This document shows, in pieces, positions 1 through 16,214 of a stretch of 64,000 nt of DNA. Under the pieces are notes generated by a model. It ran no database searches. It saw nothing but the letters and a program-made list of their open reading frames with translations, and was not told the origin of the DNA. Made by a program: the position numbers and the translations under genes. The DNA comes from Peribolospora baueri (lineage: Eukaryota), in assembly GCA_029717555.1 (NCBI GenBank), contig JAMDHS010000005.1:248001-312000 (forward strand). Reading direction: 5' to 3'. Positions within the stretch are counted from its first letter, which is position 1. Every line of letters starts with the position of its first letter.

Positions 1-1093
1 GCGATCGGGTGCTGGCCTCTCCTCGCAGTGTCCAATCCTTTTTAGCCACGTTCTCTGCCTCCAGCTCTGCGATCTCAGCAGCGATGGCGCGTTGTCGTTT
101 CTCGAATTTTGACAGCTCTTCCTCTGAATAACGGAGGAAAAACGACGAGGGTCGTTGGTCAAAGTCGGTCGGAACAGCAGAAGCAGAAAGCGAATCGGTT
201 CATCAGGGCTCGCACTCACCTTCTTCCTTTCCGTCATCGTCGGCGAAAAGATCCCCAGCCACTCGAGTCGCAGTCTCTGCATTGCCCTCATAGCTGTCAT
301 CATCGCTTCCACCATCTTCCATCTCCTCGTCCTCCTCCTCGTCCTCCTCCTCGTCCTCCTCCTCGTCCTCCTCCTCTTCAATCACATCCTCGTCCTCGTC
401 CTCTTCCTCCTTCTCCTCCTCCTTCTCCTTCCCCTTAGAGACCGTCTTGGCAAAGCGAGCGCGCTTTCGGCCTGCGGCCTTGGCATAGGGCGGTGGGTCG
501 AAAAATTCGGCGTAGGTGATCGCAGACGTATCGATGTCTTCGTCATCCTCCTGCTCATCAACATCTAGGAAAAAAGTCGCGAATGCGCAAAGTAAGATCG
601 AGGCGGCGGTATGAAGAAAGACCAATACAAAAGTACCTTTAAAGAGATCGATATCGTTCTCCAAGTCCTCGTCTTCCTCGTCGCTGTTCATTCCCGATCC
701 TTTACGAGCTCCTCGCGCCTCTTCTCGCTCAGTGTTCTCCGTGTCTTGGTTAAAATCATCGATGGAGAAGAACTGGTCGTCCAACTCAGGATGTCGAGGC
801 CTGACCGAGTGGGCCGATAGCCAATGCGTCATTCATTGCTTTCATCGACGGTTGATCGCGTCTCGAGGGCTAAGAAAGACTCACCTGTTGGTACCTCCTT
901 TGCTGCTCCCCTCTCCAGGCTCGTCAAGCTCGTCCAGTATGCTCCTCTTGGTCCCGCGGTGCGCCTTCAACGTTTTTTTTTGCTCCTCGTTGTCACCGAG
1001 GTCGCTTGCGACAGCTGACCCTTCGAAGTCGAGCTGCGAGTTGTCATCGGAGCCAATGTCCTCTTCTTCTTCGTAAGAAGTCTTTCGCGCCAT
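1..1093 (-). CDS. MPP10: U3 snoRNP protein Mpp10 (5' part; runs off the window start)
   Basis: Spliced exons 1093-885, 801-637, 564-220 and 124-1. Motifs HPELDDQFFSIDDFN, a long acidic tract and LSKFEKRQRAIAAEIAELEAENVAKKDWTLRGEASTRS are typical of Mpp10. Confidence 0.9.
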
Positions 1094-1310
1094 GTCGTAC
1101 TACGAAAGGCTGTGGTGGTGGAGGGAGCCAGGAAGGATCTTCGGTTCTACCTTGCGCCTTGCTTCCTACAAATCTGAACGATCCTACGCGGCCCTGAAGA
1201 GAATTGCTGCGGCGCGCCACGTGGGACATCGTTCCTCGCCCCCGCCTTCCCTGCTCGTCCTGAGATTGAACAACCCTCGTTTCTCTGAGTCGTCCACGAC
1301 TGCACTCAAG
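1094..1310. promoter_or_regulatory. Probable bidirectional promoter MPP10/SRP68
   Basis: Divergent ATGs are 217 nt apart. A CACGTG E-box lies at ~1218. Confidence 0.55.
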
Positions 1311-3854
1311 ATGGAGCTCAACCTCAAGCAAGCGTCCAGCGATGGACCAAAGGTCTCCATTGCTGGTACGCGTATATTTCATGGTCTCTCACGACTGGAA
1401 GTGCGAATAAGCGATGGCTGACGAATTGGCCCATCTCCGGCGTCGGGCAGTTCTCGACCTGATCAACGAAGCCCGCAACACCTTCGGCTTGCGCACCCAA
1501 GACTATTTGCGTTACCGGTGAGCATATGATACGAAATGGACTTTCCAACACGCTGGAAATACTGACGTGTTTGAATGCCCGCTCTTGTAGGAAATACTGT
1601 ACTTCCAAAGTCCACCGTCTTCGTCAGATCACCGGTTTCACCCATGGCAAAGGCCAGTCGTTCAAGAAGCAGACAATCTCCCCTGACAGCGTCAAGGATG
1701 ACAAGTGAGGTCGACCTTCATTGCGGCTTGTTACATGCTCATGTGTTTACTAAATTTACCCGCCGCCGTCTGTTTTGCGCTCTCAGACCGCTCCAGCTTT
1801 TCCTTTTCGAAGCTGAGCGTGCATGGGCATATTCGCAGGAGCTCAGGACGGCGAGCTTTGAGAAAGGCTCTTCTTCTGACAAGCGCCATGGCATTTCCAA
1901 GCTCACTCGCGCCGCTCAATGGGCTTCTCGTCTCTCCGAGCTCACCTCCGTCCTTGCTGCCTCTGGTCGCTTGGACGCTCAATCTCGCGGCGAGGTCGCC
2001 GTTTACGCAGTTCTCATCGCTGGTAACTTGGTTTTCGACCGCTCCCATCACGACTCTGCTCTCGAGAAACTGAGCGTCGCTCGCGAGCTCTTTGGCATCT
2101 TGGCGGAGTGCGCGCCCACGAGCCGCTCCGAGGCACTCGCCAACAGCTTCATCGATGAAGTCGACCCAATGGTGCGTTTCTGCGCTTATGAGGGTCGCCG
2201 GACCGGATGGCAGGAGGGGCCTGAGTTTGCCGCGCGGAGCATACTCGAAGCAGACGCCGGTGTTCGCGAGAAGGTCGTCCCCGGCTATGCCCACCTGGTG
2301 GAAGAGCTGAAGAGGCAGGCGGAGGAGCAGAGGTCCGCCAAGGCTACGACGGAGGAGTCTCGAAAGAGGGAGCAGGTCGAGATATGCTTCAGGGGCAAAA
2401 GGATCCCCATCCGCAACCCAGAGCTCATGGACGTCATGGTCCGTGTTAGGGAACTGACGCGACAGCTCGACGAAGTAAAAGGCACTGGGAAGAACGTTCC
2501 TGCATCACAGAAGGAAAAGCGGATCGGACAGAAGGGTATGGCTGCGTACGATAAGCTACTCGCTGCCCTGAGCGATGCTGAGGACGTTGCAAGAAAGCTT
2601 GTTGAAGATAACGCTGTGAGTTCTACGCTATTGGTAGTACTGTACGACTACTAACCGCATCGTGCCTTATCCCGTCTCACATCAGACCGCTCTGGCCAAG
2701 GCCCACTCGGCCCGATACGAAGCCGTCTCTAAAGATCTGAACCTATCCCACCAGTACATCGTCCACCAGCTCCTCTCCCGACGCATTCAGCGCGACCTCC
2801 TCATTGTATCCGACCTTCAACGCCGTGATGAGGAACGCGAAACCCGTCGTCTGGCAACGGCCGCCAAGTCTACTCCCATTACGCGCAAAATTGCGTCTCC
2901 CTCTGCCACCTCGTCGCGCCACCGGAGCACTGCCGCCGCTGCCGCGATATCCGCCAGGAAGCTCAAGGCAAACCAGGAGAAGGCGAAGCGCAGGAGGGCG
3001 AAGGCGATCCCTCCTATGGTCAAGCTCTTGGATGGTGTTGTGCAAAGTTTGGAGCAGATGAGGGAGCTCGACATCGTTGACAGCGATGAGGAGATCGTGT
3101 CGAGGGTGGAGACAAACATAGCTGAGAAGAGGGGCAGGAGGTGGGTCGGTGACCATGTCCTGGCAGGACATCCGCAAAGGTAGTCTTCTGCCGTGGCGTC
3201 GTGTTGATCATTCGATTGGATTTTGCTCTTGTTCATGTGCACAGGTGCTACCACCTGGCTCGCGCCTACTCATTTTCAGCCCGCTACCCGGAAGCGTTGA
3301 CGCTGTTCTCCCGGGCCGCCCTTTACACTCGCGAAGCTCGTTCGGCTCTCTCCTTAGCCGATGATGCTGCTGTCGCCGACTCTTTGGACGATAGTTTCCA
3401 CCTGACATCCATCACGTCCCTCGACTTGGATGCCCTTGAAGCGGACCTGGCTCATGAGGAGCGCGAGACGAAGCGCGACTGGTTTGCACGCAACGGCGGT
3501 ACACTTGTGCCCCCTTTTGACGAGCAGGCGGAAAAGGAGGCGAAGGAGGAGACCAGGGGCAAGAAACCGGTGTTCTTCGACATCGCCTTCAATTACATCG
3601 ACTTCCCTACCGACCGCATTCGGGCGCGCAGCACTTTCCCTCCCCTTCCTGTTGAAGAGGAGGTGGCGAAGGCAGAGACGCCTGTGAAGAAGCTCACGGG
3701 GGTGGCTAGGACGCAGTTTGGCGATAAAACTCCTCGCACGGAAGCCGAGGAAAAGGCGGCGCTCGTGATAGAAGAGCAGGAGGAGGACAAGGCGAAGCAG
3801 GCGGAGCAGCAAAAGAGTTCGTGGCTTGGGGGCTGGTTCGGTGGAAGGAAGTGA
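1311..3854 (+). CDS. SRP68: Signal recognition particle subunit SRP68
   Basis: 6 exons (introns ~1366-1450, 1518-1590, 1705-1786, 2616-2685, 3141-3244). Motifs VLDLINEARNTFGLRTQDYLRYRKYCTSKVHRLR, LFEAERAWAYS, KPVFFDIAFNYI and C-terminal WLGGWFG. Confidence 0.93.
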
Positions 3855-4308
3855 ACGAGGGAGCAGGAGCGAGGCATGGACCATCGGTCGGGTGTATTTA
3901 CGACAAGCGAGCGAGCCCCGTCCGTCTACCTTGTTTGGCATTCAGTCGTCTCAGCGCTTGGATCGATGACAACATATCTGGACACTTGCCAGACTGCAAT
4001 GAAGTAGAACTCTTTCAAGCTTCTAATTCATTTCCTTTTCCGCTGGTGACGGTAATCTGCCACCGGAGGCCCTCCCTTTTCCCAGTCCGGGCGCACGCAA
4101 GGCACTTGTCTCACTCGCGCTACCTCTCTTTCGCCGATTCTTCTTCTCTTCTTGTTCCGCAGCTGACCCTCCTGTTTTGCCCTGGTCGTCCAGTGACACG
4201 TCAAGTCACTTGGCATTGCCGCCGCTCGTACTCTTTCACTTCCCACTGCTTTGGTAGTCTGGTATTCCACATTACCGCATGCGCACGTTCCGTAAGACAA
4301 CGCATCAT

Positions 4309-5507
4309 TCACGTCTTGGGCAGGTTCGTCTTGACGTGAAACGAGCCTGGCGTCGAGAAAGAAGAAGGTCAGTCGGCGTCAGAACCAGTGTCATATAGAT
4401 CTGAAGGCACTCACATTGCGGCAATGTCGTCGACTCGGCAACGACGGCGGCGGATAAGCCCAGGCACGCCAGGGCACCGCGGATTACTCCTACAGGGTAG
4501 GAGAGGAACTGTGGCGCCCGATATATGAAATATTACGCAAATGACAGTTATGAGAACATGCGACGAGGCAACAGTAAAGCCGCAATCATCGATTTGGAAG
4601 GCTCGAGAAAAAGTCAAGACGCGGAGATTGTTTTACGCACAGGTTTCGCCTTTCGTGCCGTCTCAGGGCCGGGGCTAGTTGATGATATTCGTGTTAGGGG
4701 TCGAAATATGTTATCTTGTAGGACATAGACTCCCTTGTGGTTTTATTTTGGCCGGACGATGCGTGAGAAAAGAGACGGAAATGAGTTACATGAATTAAAC
4801 GCCGAGGAGAGTATGACAGCTGAAAGGAGGAAAGAAAGAAGCGCTCTCCAAAAAAAGAAAGCTCAGCTTACCCTGTGATTTGTCCGCAAGTTGTCCACCT
4901 GCTTATCCCACATCACCGACCAAACATCCTTGCACACGAACTTGAGCACGTCCAACGTATCCGGGAAGCGTGCGCGATCCCTTGTCAGCCTTGGCGAAGG
5001 CAAGCGAACAGGCACGGCGAGGTAAGACGTGATAAGGTGGCAGCAAGTAATTGAGCAGGCTCTTCTTTATGGAAAACTAGCACAGTAAACGCACAAGCTT
5101 GCTCACTTTTCTACCAGGTTTACACCGACATGGTAACCCACGGCCTCCAACCTCAGCGCCAGCGCCTCCGCCTCCTCATCATACCCGTCCGGCATGCCGT
5201 TCCCAGAGTAGGTCTCGGACGAGGACCTGGCACTGACGAGATCTAACAGCCCTTCTGCCTTGAGCTCTTCCTCCTTTTCCTTAGCCCTCTCTCTCTCCAC
5301 CCTCGCAGACTCTCTCAGCGTGCGCACCATCTCGATGGTGAGATAGTGGAGCGTCTGCGAGTCAAACTGCCGGCTCGGATTCGCAGAGAGAGTGAGTGCC
5401 GAGGCTGTGAGAAGAGAGATGCTCGTTGTAGTCGGAGCAGAGGTTGGAGGGAAGGCGTGCGCATGCTTGGGTGCAGGAGATTGGGAGCTTAGGGATGTTC
5501 GGGACAT
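4309..5507 (-). CDS. TRS33: TRAPP complex subunit Trs33/TRAPPC6
   Basis: 5 exons. Spliced protein reads RLEAVGYHVGVNLVEK-LTRDRARFPDTLDVLKFVCKDVWSVMWDKQVDNLRTNHR-GVYVLQDN-YPVGVIRGALACLG-CSFHVKT. Confidence 0.92.
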
Positions 5508-5776
5508 GTTCGTTTGGAGAATCTAAGACTTGGGGCGATGGACCATCACGATCAGCTGTCGAGATGCTGATTACCACCAGGCGCACAACGGCAAGCCCGT
5601 GCATCTCCGCCGCTATCTCCGTTCAGGTTACGCGTCCAGTCCGATCACTCCAGACCTTCCTAGACTTTGCTCAGTCACCACGACGTAGCGGCTCCCGTCC
5701 TTTCCTGTCCTCGCTTGCCACCCCCTCTCTTTTTTTTTTTTCTTCGACTGCGCCAATCGATACAGTGTCGGTCAAG
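5508..5776. promoter_or_regulatory. Probable bidirectional promoter TRS33/RPN11
   Basis: Divergent ATGs are 269 nt apart. Contains TTGCCACC (5715-5722) and a T-tract. Confidence 0.5.
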
Positions 5777-7540
<1,764 letters not shown>

Positions 7541-8195
7541 GGTCCCATCGCCTCCTTGGGAGGTATACGTATGTAGACCGTTGCAAGCCAATGTTATGAG
7601 CTTAGGTTCGCATTGCCGCGCCTTCGTGGTGCGTTCATAGGAGATGCAGGCACAGAATTCAGAGTGGGCGCGCATTTCGTCACCCTGACCTGCGCCGAAG
7701 TGAGGTAGCAAAGACTGGAAGACAAAGGAAACCTACAAGTCATCAAGGGGAAAAGATGGCTACGCCCTGACCTCGCATTATCGCCCCGCCCCTTTGTCCC
7801 TTGGAGGAAGGACAGAGTAGAGAAGACGGCGAGCGATTCTTCCTCCACACTAACAGCTCCTCACCGCTCTCAATGAAGCGGAGAGGGAGTCGTTGAGCAT
7901 CCATTCGCAGCCACCTCTGTCGCGCTGACCCCCGGTTCTTCTTGGCCTTCCTCTCACGTCGTCCTCGTAATACTTTTTGATCATTCCGTGCGTCCAGCTG
8001 TGGCCATTCATTTATCTGCATCCTTTCACGCCTACCCAAGCGTCTTTATAAAGAGCTTAACGCAACAGATGTACGAGAAGCACAAAATATGACGTTGGGT
8101 CCACATGTCGGGAAGCGCGCCTGAGCTTTTTCCAAGCTTGTCAATCATCGTCCACCCCCCAACTTTGAGGTCTGGATGTGCGTGTACACACCCGC

Positions 8196-9910
8196 TTAAG
8201 CGAGCGATACCCATCGCACCCTCTTGCCGATCCTCACTCCCACGCGGGATACGCGGATATGGGCGGAGCGCATCCTCGATGCGTAAAGGACGTCCAGAGA
8301 AGGAATGAAGGGAGCGAGGGGACTCTTTGGGGGAGTGGGACCGACGTGAGAGTGTGGTGGTGGTGGTGGTGGCGGCGGCGCCTTTTCGTTCGGCAAGGAC
8401 GATAACGGCTCTTCGCTCGACCCCAACCCTTCTCTTCCATCACCATCGCACAACCTTGTGACGGACGAGGCCGTTCGCACGCCTGGGCGCTCATCCGTTC
8501 CTGCCTCCGGTCCCATCGCTCCTCCACATTCGTCACTCTCCCCACCCGTATTCGCCACGTCGGCTCGGCTTGGCATCGACGCCTGTGCCAGCGTAGGAGG
8601 GAGGAGAGAAACCCAGGCGATGCTTGAGTGGAAGCGCGCTTGGTCGTAGTAAGGCTTTTGGCGGAAGATGGTGCGCACGGGGTCGTCCAGGGCTCGGGAG
8701 AGAGCGAGGAGCTGGAGTGAGTAAAAAGCAGGCAGGTATTCGTTGATGGGCGTATAAAGTCAGCGAAGGAAGAGAGACCGTCGTTGGCCGGGCTGGGATC
8801 GCTTACCTCGTTCCAGCCCGCGCCAACCTCGAGTACGAGGAAGTCCTTTGTCGCGTCATCGTTGACGAGGTGTGTGAAGGAGGCGAAGGCTATGTCAAAT
8901 CTTTTGAGGAGCGCGCATGAAAGGAGATGATGGGAAAGGGAACGAGAGGTACACAGTCAGCTAGAGATGGAGTGCGTTCGGAAGGAAAGGAAGGACTCGA
9001 ACACCACACGGGCCGACCCGCAACCGGGGGGAACTCACGCTCGAAACCGACCATCCACCAAACGCCACTCAACCTCTTTCCAGAATTCCTCGCGCTGGCG
9101 CGCACGCAAAAGGATGGGGCGGGATAGGGAGACATGTAACGACCCTCCCCGCTCCCCTTCCGTCTCCTGTCTGGCTAGCGCTTTCGAAACGGTTGAGGCA
9201 GGCTTGGAGCAATCGTCCGCTGTCTCCTCGGCATCCACGGCCCGTTCCGCCTTCCTAACCTTTTGTGGCCTATGAGCCGCACTGGCCGAACTACCGGCAG
9301 AGGCACAAGGCAAGGCAGACGACGACGAAACGGCGAGGGGGACGAGGCCCGGTACGGACTTCTGGACGTGCGAGATCGCATCCTTCAGAGCTCCGCGGAG
9401 CGTGCCATCGAGAGGCACTGCACAGGCGCGGGGGAAGAAGCGAAAATGTTAATGAGCACGACGGTGCAGTCGTGGGTGGAGCAGAGCCCCTCGACTCTAC
9501 CGTGCGTTCACCTTCAACGAAGACATGCGTCAGCCATTCGCCAGGGACGATCTCTGGTCCGGGAGACCTCGTCTCGGGTGTCGCGGTGGCGCTCTTGTCG
9601 AAAGTGAGATCGGCGGTCAGAGGTGGGAGTTTCCTGTGTGAAGCGGGAGATGCGTGCGAGGACCACGCCTACGTCAGCGAAGGGAGGTCAAGAAGAAGTG
9701 GACAATCAGCCTCGTCGCTCACCGCTTTTTGGACTTGTTCTTCTCGGGCACATGGTCAACGGAGGGACCAGCACCATCGCGCTCGTTCGTCTTCGAGGCG
9801 GCGCTGCTTCTGCGTCCGTACGGCCGACCCCGTCCACGCTCTCGGGTGTGCGAGGCCTCCTCATCAGAAGAGCGGGACGAGTCGGAGCTGCTGGAATAGT
9901 TGACGAGCAT
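8196..9910 (-). CDS. USB1: U6 snRNA 3' phosphodiesterase Usb1 (2H family)
   Basis: 5 exons. N-terminal MLVNYSSSSD and GEWLTHVFVE. Two HxS motifs: LHVSLSRP and RFHSSIAW. Also LVNDDATKDFLVLEV and C-terminal VGVRIGK. Confidence 0.88.
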
Positions 9911-11097
9911 GAGATGATGATGACGGACGAGCGGCGGTCCCGTCGTCGCCGCTGCGAGACATGCCGATCGCACGGCGTTATCAGACAACTCACGGCAAGC
10001 CCTTCACCCCCTAATCTCCCTCGTCCACGGCTCTATGTCAAGTCAACGCTGTGCAAAGCTTTCATTGCAAAGTTTTCATTGTCGAAGACTATATGCTCTC
10101 GTCGACCGTCGGACGCGTCTACAAAATCGCCTTCGACCGGAGGAGACACGCAGCGAGCGAGATCAATAAACGTCAAGCGTCGCGAAGACCCAAGGCTCAC
10201 GCTCAGCGCACACACAGGACGAACAGCATCCCACCACTCCAGTCCAATAATCAACTCTTGAGACAAGGCGCCGATTACGCTCAAGAATCGTCAAAGCGGA
10301 ACGTTTATTGAGTTTGCGGCGACATGACAATGGAACAAGGAGCCAGCCGACACTCGGCAAGGCGGGAGCTTCATCGTCGAGGCGCAGGGCGGGGAGGGAA
10401 GGGAAGGGAAGGGGGGAGGTGAAAAGGGAGCGACGACGGCCGTCTCGCTCCGGCTCACCCGGCCCACCGTCAGCGTCGGCGGCTGCGAACGTAAGACGAC
10501 GAGAGCGATGCCAGCGACAAGGGCGGTGCGTGCGACCTAGTAGGCACGAACGAGGGGAGGAAGGGAGGATCGACCGAGCCACGTTTGCCTGAACCGCGCT
10601 TCTGACCTCGGGGGAAGGACGGTTGGAGCGTACGAGCCGGACTCAACGTCTTGGCAGTGATGGCATGTCGAGGGAGAAAAGACATAGGAAAACAAGGGAA
10701 GAGAGGAAGAGGCTACTCGAAACAGGACCGGCAAGCAAGAGGGGAAAACGAGAAAAGAGAGAAATAAAGGGTGAAAGGAAGAAAGGAAGAGGGAAGAGGG
10801 AGAAGGAAGCAAAGGATCGAGGAAGAAGAAAGGGGAATATATGCCGAGCCAGTGCGGATGGACGTCAAAGAGCCGGCGCTCAATCGTTAACGTAAGAGAG
10901 AAGACGGACGGAGGGGGCCGAGGAGGAGGAGCCAAAAAGAAGGCGTGGGCGAAAGAAGATGAGAAGAGAAATGGCGCGGATAGCATGTCCGAATGAGACC
11001 GTGATGAGGGAGAATGGGGACACAGGAGCGTACACCCGTGCTTGCACGCAAGCACGACGCTGGGCACCGCTCCCGCTCGTCAGCACAAGAGAGCCGA

Positions 11098-12401
<1,304 letters not shown>

Positions 12402-14841
12402 AGCTAGAAGTCTTGGTGTTTGGGAGCGGCTTGGCGGGCGGGTCTAGGGCGGACGAAAGGGAGGAGGAGGGAGGAAGGGAGGAAGGGAGGAAGGAAGAGG
12501 AGCAGGATGAGTTGGTAAGAAAAGGTCGAGATGAAGCTGCCGTCGGGTCGATGGTTCGGTGGCTCGGTCGTCGGTCGGGATGATAGAACGAAGGAAATTG
12601 TCCAAGGCGGGAGTCGGCTCGAGCTGAGACTGAGACTCGACCTTCAGACACGGCGTACAATGAGCCCGGCGATACGCGGACGGACGACGGCGGGTGGGCG
12701 CTCCCAGGCGACCGCTGTCAGCTGCGGCACGACCGGCTGGGCGGCATAGGGTAGATATTGCTACATACCGACGGTACTTGAATTTCCAAGGGGCTCGCTA
12801 CTACCGCTCCACGGGTACTCCGCCTACATAGGGCAAGCCAGAGAGTCTTTTCAGGATCGTATAAGGCACCGGCACGCATCTGTTCTGTTGACTTGGTACC
12901 TGGACCGAATCTGCCAGCTCTAATCCATAGCCAACTTAGCATTTGACACAGGTGCGGCGTCTCATTGAACGGCTTGAGCACCCCTCCACTACAACCCTCC
13001 TCCATCGCTCGATCCTCCTCCAGACTCTACTGATCATTCCGGCCTCGGCGAGCGACTTGCGCAGCTTGTCACCGGCACTTTCCTCGCCCCCAGGCCACAC
13101 TTCTCTTTCCGCAGCGCGGAGGCGACGAGAGGGAGGTCGCGCGCTTTTAGAGAGCGAGGTGCACGATCGCCGCCGAGGCGAGGTGGATAGGTTCCTTGAC
13201 TGCTGACGCCGTGGTGGCGATTAGAATGTTCTCAGGGGCGACACGTTTCGCTGCATCAATCCGAGACAGACGTCGGGCAGGCGCAACTCCGTGCCTCCCC
13301 TCTTCCAAGACTTTCTCATACACGAACCAATCCAGCTCCCTAACATCTACCATTCCCCCCTCCGCCCCTCTCGCCCGCATGGCATCCTCAAAACCACCTC
13401 GCTCTTCCTTACGTCAGAGCTCTACGCCACATGGGGCCAAAGTCGGACCCATACGATGTAAGTCGCCCCTTAAGGTTTTCCAGCATCACCGCCCTTTTTG
13501 CGGGTTTTCTTGTTGCCGCTCACAGTGCCGTCCGTCAAATAGCATCCGAGCAGGGGCTCGAGTCCTTTTCGCCCGCGTCTTGCTCCAATTCGAAGCACGA
13601 GGGTGGTTGGTGGAGGGAGATGAGGAGGCTTTGGGAGAGGGAGCAGGCTAGCAAATGAGAGGGAAGTGCTTCGTGCGGTGGGCTAGAAAGGCCGCCGGGA
13701 TGTCCGCCAGCGACTCGGGCTTTGGACTTTGACCTTACCGCCATGGCGAGGCTTGGTATTGAGAATGATACAAAGCTCGATCGGAGCGACGTCGTCACAA
13801 GCACCAAGGACGGTGGTGCGCTGGAACGCGTCGAGGCTGACACGAGTACGGGACCCTGATATCATTCCCTACGAGAACGTGGAAGCCGAGGCTGGGCCGA
13901 ACGTGAAATTCGCCCGTGACCTTTACTAGGCGACCGTTTTTGGTGGGAAGGTAGAAATCGAGGATCAAGTAGGTAGGCGGGGGCTTGCGTTGACGGCGCG
14001 GTAAGTGAGGGCGCTGTCGTTGGCGTACGGGTCTGCGTGTGCGGGTAGAGGCGCTTGGGGACGGTAGCGTCGATCGATCATCCACGGGCTGGAGCTGCGG
14101 CCGAAGCAGGCCTTGGACTCGGCGACCGGGGTCGCGCTGGGACGGGAAGTGAATCCAAATAGTTGAGTCCTGGACGACGTAGCCAGAACCGCCTACAGGG
14201 AGTGGCTGAGTTCGACGACGGTGGGAGAAGAAAGGGCAGGAATGCAGAGTGTTGTGCTGGTGCTTGACAGGTAAGCGCTGGACGATGAAGGACAGGACGT
14301 GATGGAAAGTCTTCTTCGGCAGTAAACAAAGGCAGATGCGAGCGCAAATTGGAGCCAATTATAACCACAAGGAAGCCACCTACATAGCCGAGATGAGGGC
14401 GGGGAGGACAATCTCAAGGCGAGCTCGAAGGGCTGGACGACTGACGCTTCTCAAGTTTCGCGCTTACCTCGACTCGCGTCCCGACGACCAGCGCCATATC
14501 CTGGCCGTGGAGGCTCGGCCCTCTAATTCACTTATCGCTTCGTCTTCCTTGCATCTGCCGGATGGAATTGATTGCTGTTCAGCTGGTCCGCATGGTGTGC
14601 TGTTCCCGGTGGAGACGGTCGTCGACGAGGCGCCGGGCCATTATTAGAGACGCGTCCGAGGTACGCGTTCGCTGCCGCAGCGCGCCGATCGCTGTTGTCC
14701 TCGTCCTCGCGCAAAAGATTCCATCTCATCGTCTCCTTCTCTCCTTTATCTCCACTTCTCACATTCGTCCCGAACCTGCACTGCTTGCGTTTTTCTCGGA
14801 GGGACGTTGATTTTGGCTTCGGCGCCTTTGAGTTGGCCAAC

Positions 14842-16214
14842 ATGGAGGTAGATACCGCATCTGTCGCGACCGCCTCTCCTTCGCCCTCCTCCTCTCCCTC
14901 TCCTTTCCGCCCTGCCTCCCCCGCCTCCCCATCCGTGTTCGGCCCTTTTCATCATCACCATCAACCACACACTTCTTCATTTTTTCCGTCGTCGTCCACG
15001 TCGGCTGCCGGGCCTATGCCAGCCATGTCCTCGTGCCTAACCTCGCCAGCGCTTTGGTCCCACGCTCCCTCCTTCACGCCTACTGCCTCAAGTGCGGCGG
15101 CTACTGGCGGTATGGAAGCCAGGCGGAAGAAGAGGAGGCGGCGTAGTCTGTCGTGGGAGGAGGAGGGAAGCTTAGAGCCTGAAGCAGGACCGTTTAATGT
15201 GATTTGAACTTTTTGATATCGTATGGTCGGGCGCGCCTTTACTCAATTTGGTCTCATTTTCCATTTCGCCTGTCCTCCCATCCTTTTTCCTGGTCTTCGT
15301 GCTACCCAGAAACAGCGTACTTTCAAGCCGATCTCTCTGTCTCCTTCCGCTGAGACGCAATCCTTTGACGAGAGCGCGAGAGCGGAGGCATCGACCACAA
15401 CGCTAGAGGTTTCGACGGTTGATCATCCGATGGAGTCGTTGAGGATCACCAGCCCAACGGAGACGCATCAAAATGCGGGGGAAGAGGTGAGTTGTCGTTG
15501 GACGTGGTGCTTGTACCAGTAGGCAAGCCTCTGGCCATGGTGAAGGCTCTGGCTTGATCGAGCTCCGAGTTTCATGGCTAATTCTTTTCTCTCCTCTTCG
15601 ATACAATTAAGAACGACCGCTCGGACGTCTTCGGCTCGGACATGAACGTTGAAGACGAATTGGAGAGTGAGAGTCGGCAAGCGGTCCAGTCCAGCAACGT
15701 CTTTACGCCTCCAAGGCCGCCTTTCCTGTCGCCCCTGCCCTCTCCTTTCTCCACTCTCCCTCCTTTCGCCGGCCATATGACCATGAGCACTTACCCGGAC
15801 GGATTACCGACCTCTTCGTCCGCTGGCTCGCACGCACTTCACTTCTCCCGTCATCCCATACCTCACCGCCCGTCGCCGTTGAGCATGGCTGTCGTGCCTC
15901 CCAGTTCAGCCGCCAGCGACGACTGCTCTCCCGGGGCTGCGATGCTTGCGAATATACCCTTGTCGGAGGATGACGCGCACGCGGGAAGACTGCCGTATGC
16001 CCCGATGCGCGCACAGGCAAGCACACCTCCTCCCACTCCCGGCTGGCGCCGCTTCAAGTCCCATCCGTCTCCAGGTTCGACTGCCTCAGTTGGTCCCGAC
16101 GCAGGTTGGAGCCCCGGAGGTGGCAAATTTAAGTACACCCTCGGCTTTCGGGACGATTGCGAGCTCTGCAAGAAGAAGACGCCCGGACACGTCGCTCATC
16201 TCGTCAGGCGCTGA
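14842..16214 (+). CDS. Uncharacterised Ser/Pro-rich protein with C-terminal CxxC-x6-H-x2-H motif
   Basis: In-frame 3-exon model (14842-15198, 15310-15486, 15612-16214). Basic RRKKRRRRS patch. C-terminus KFKYTLGFRDDCELCKKKTPGHVAHLVRR. Confidence 0.7.
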
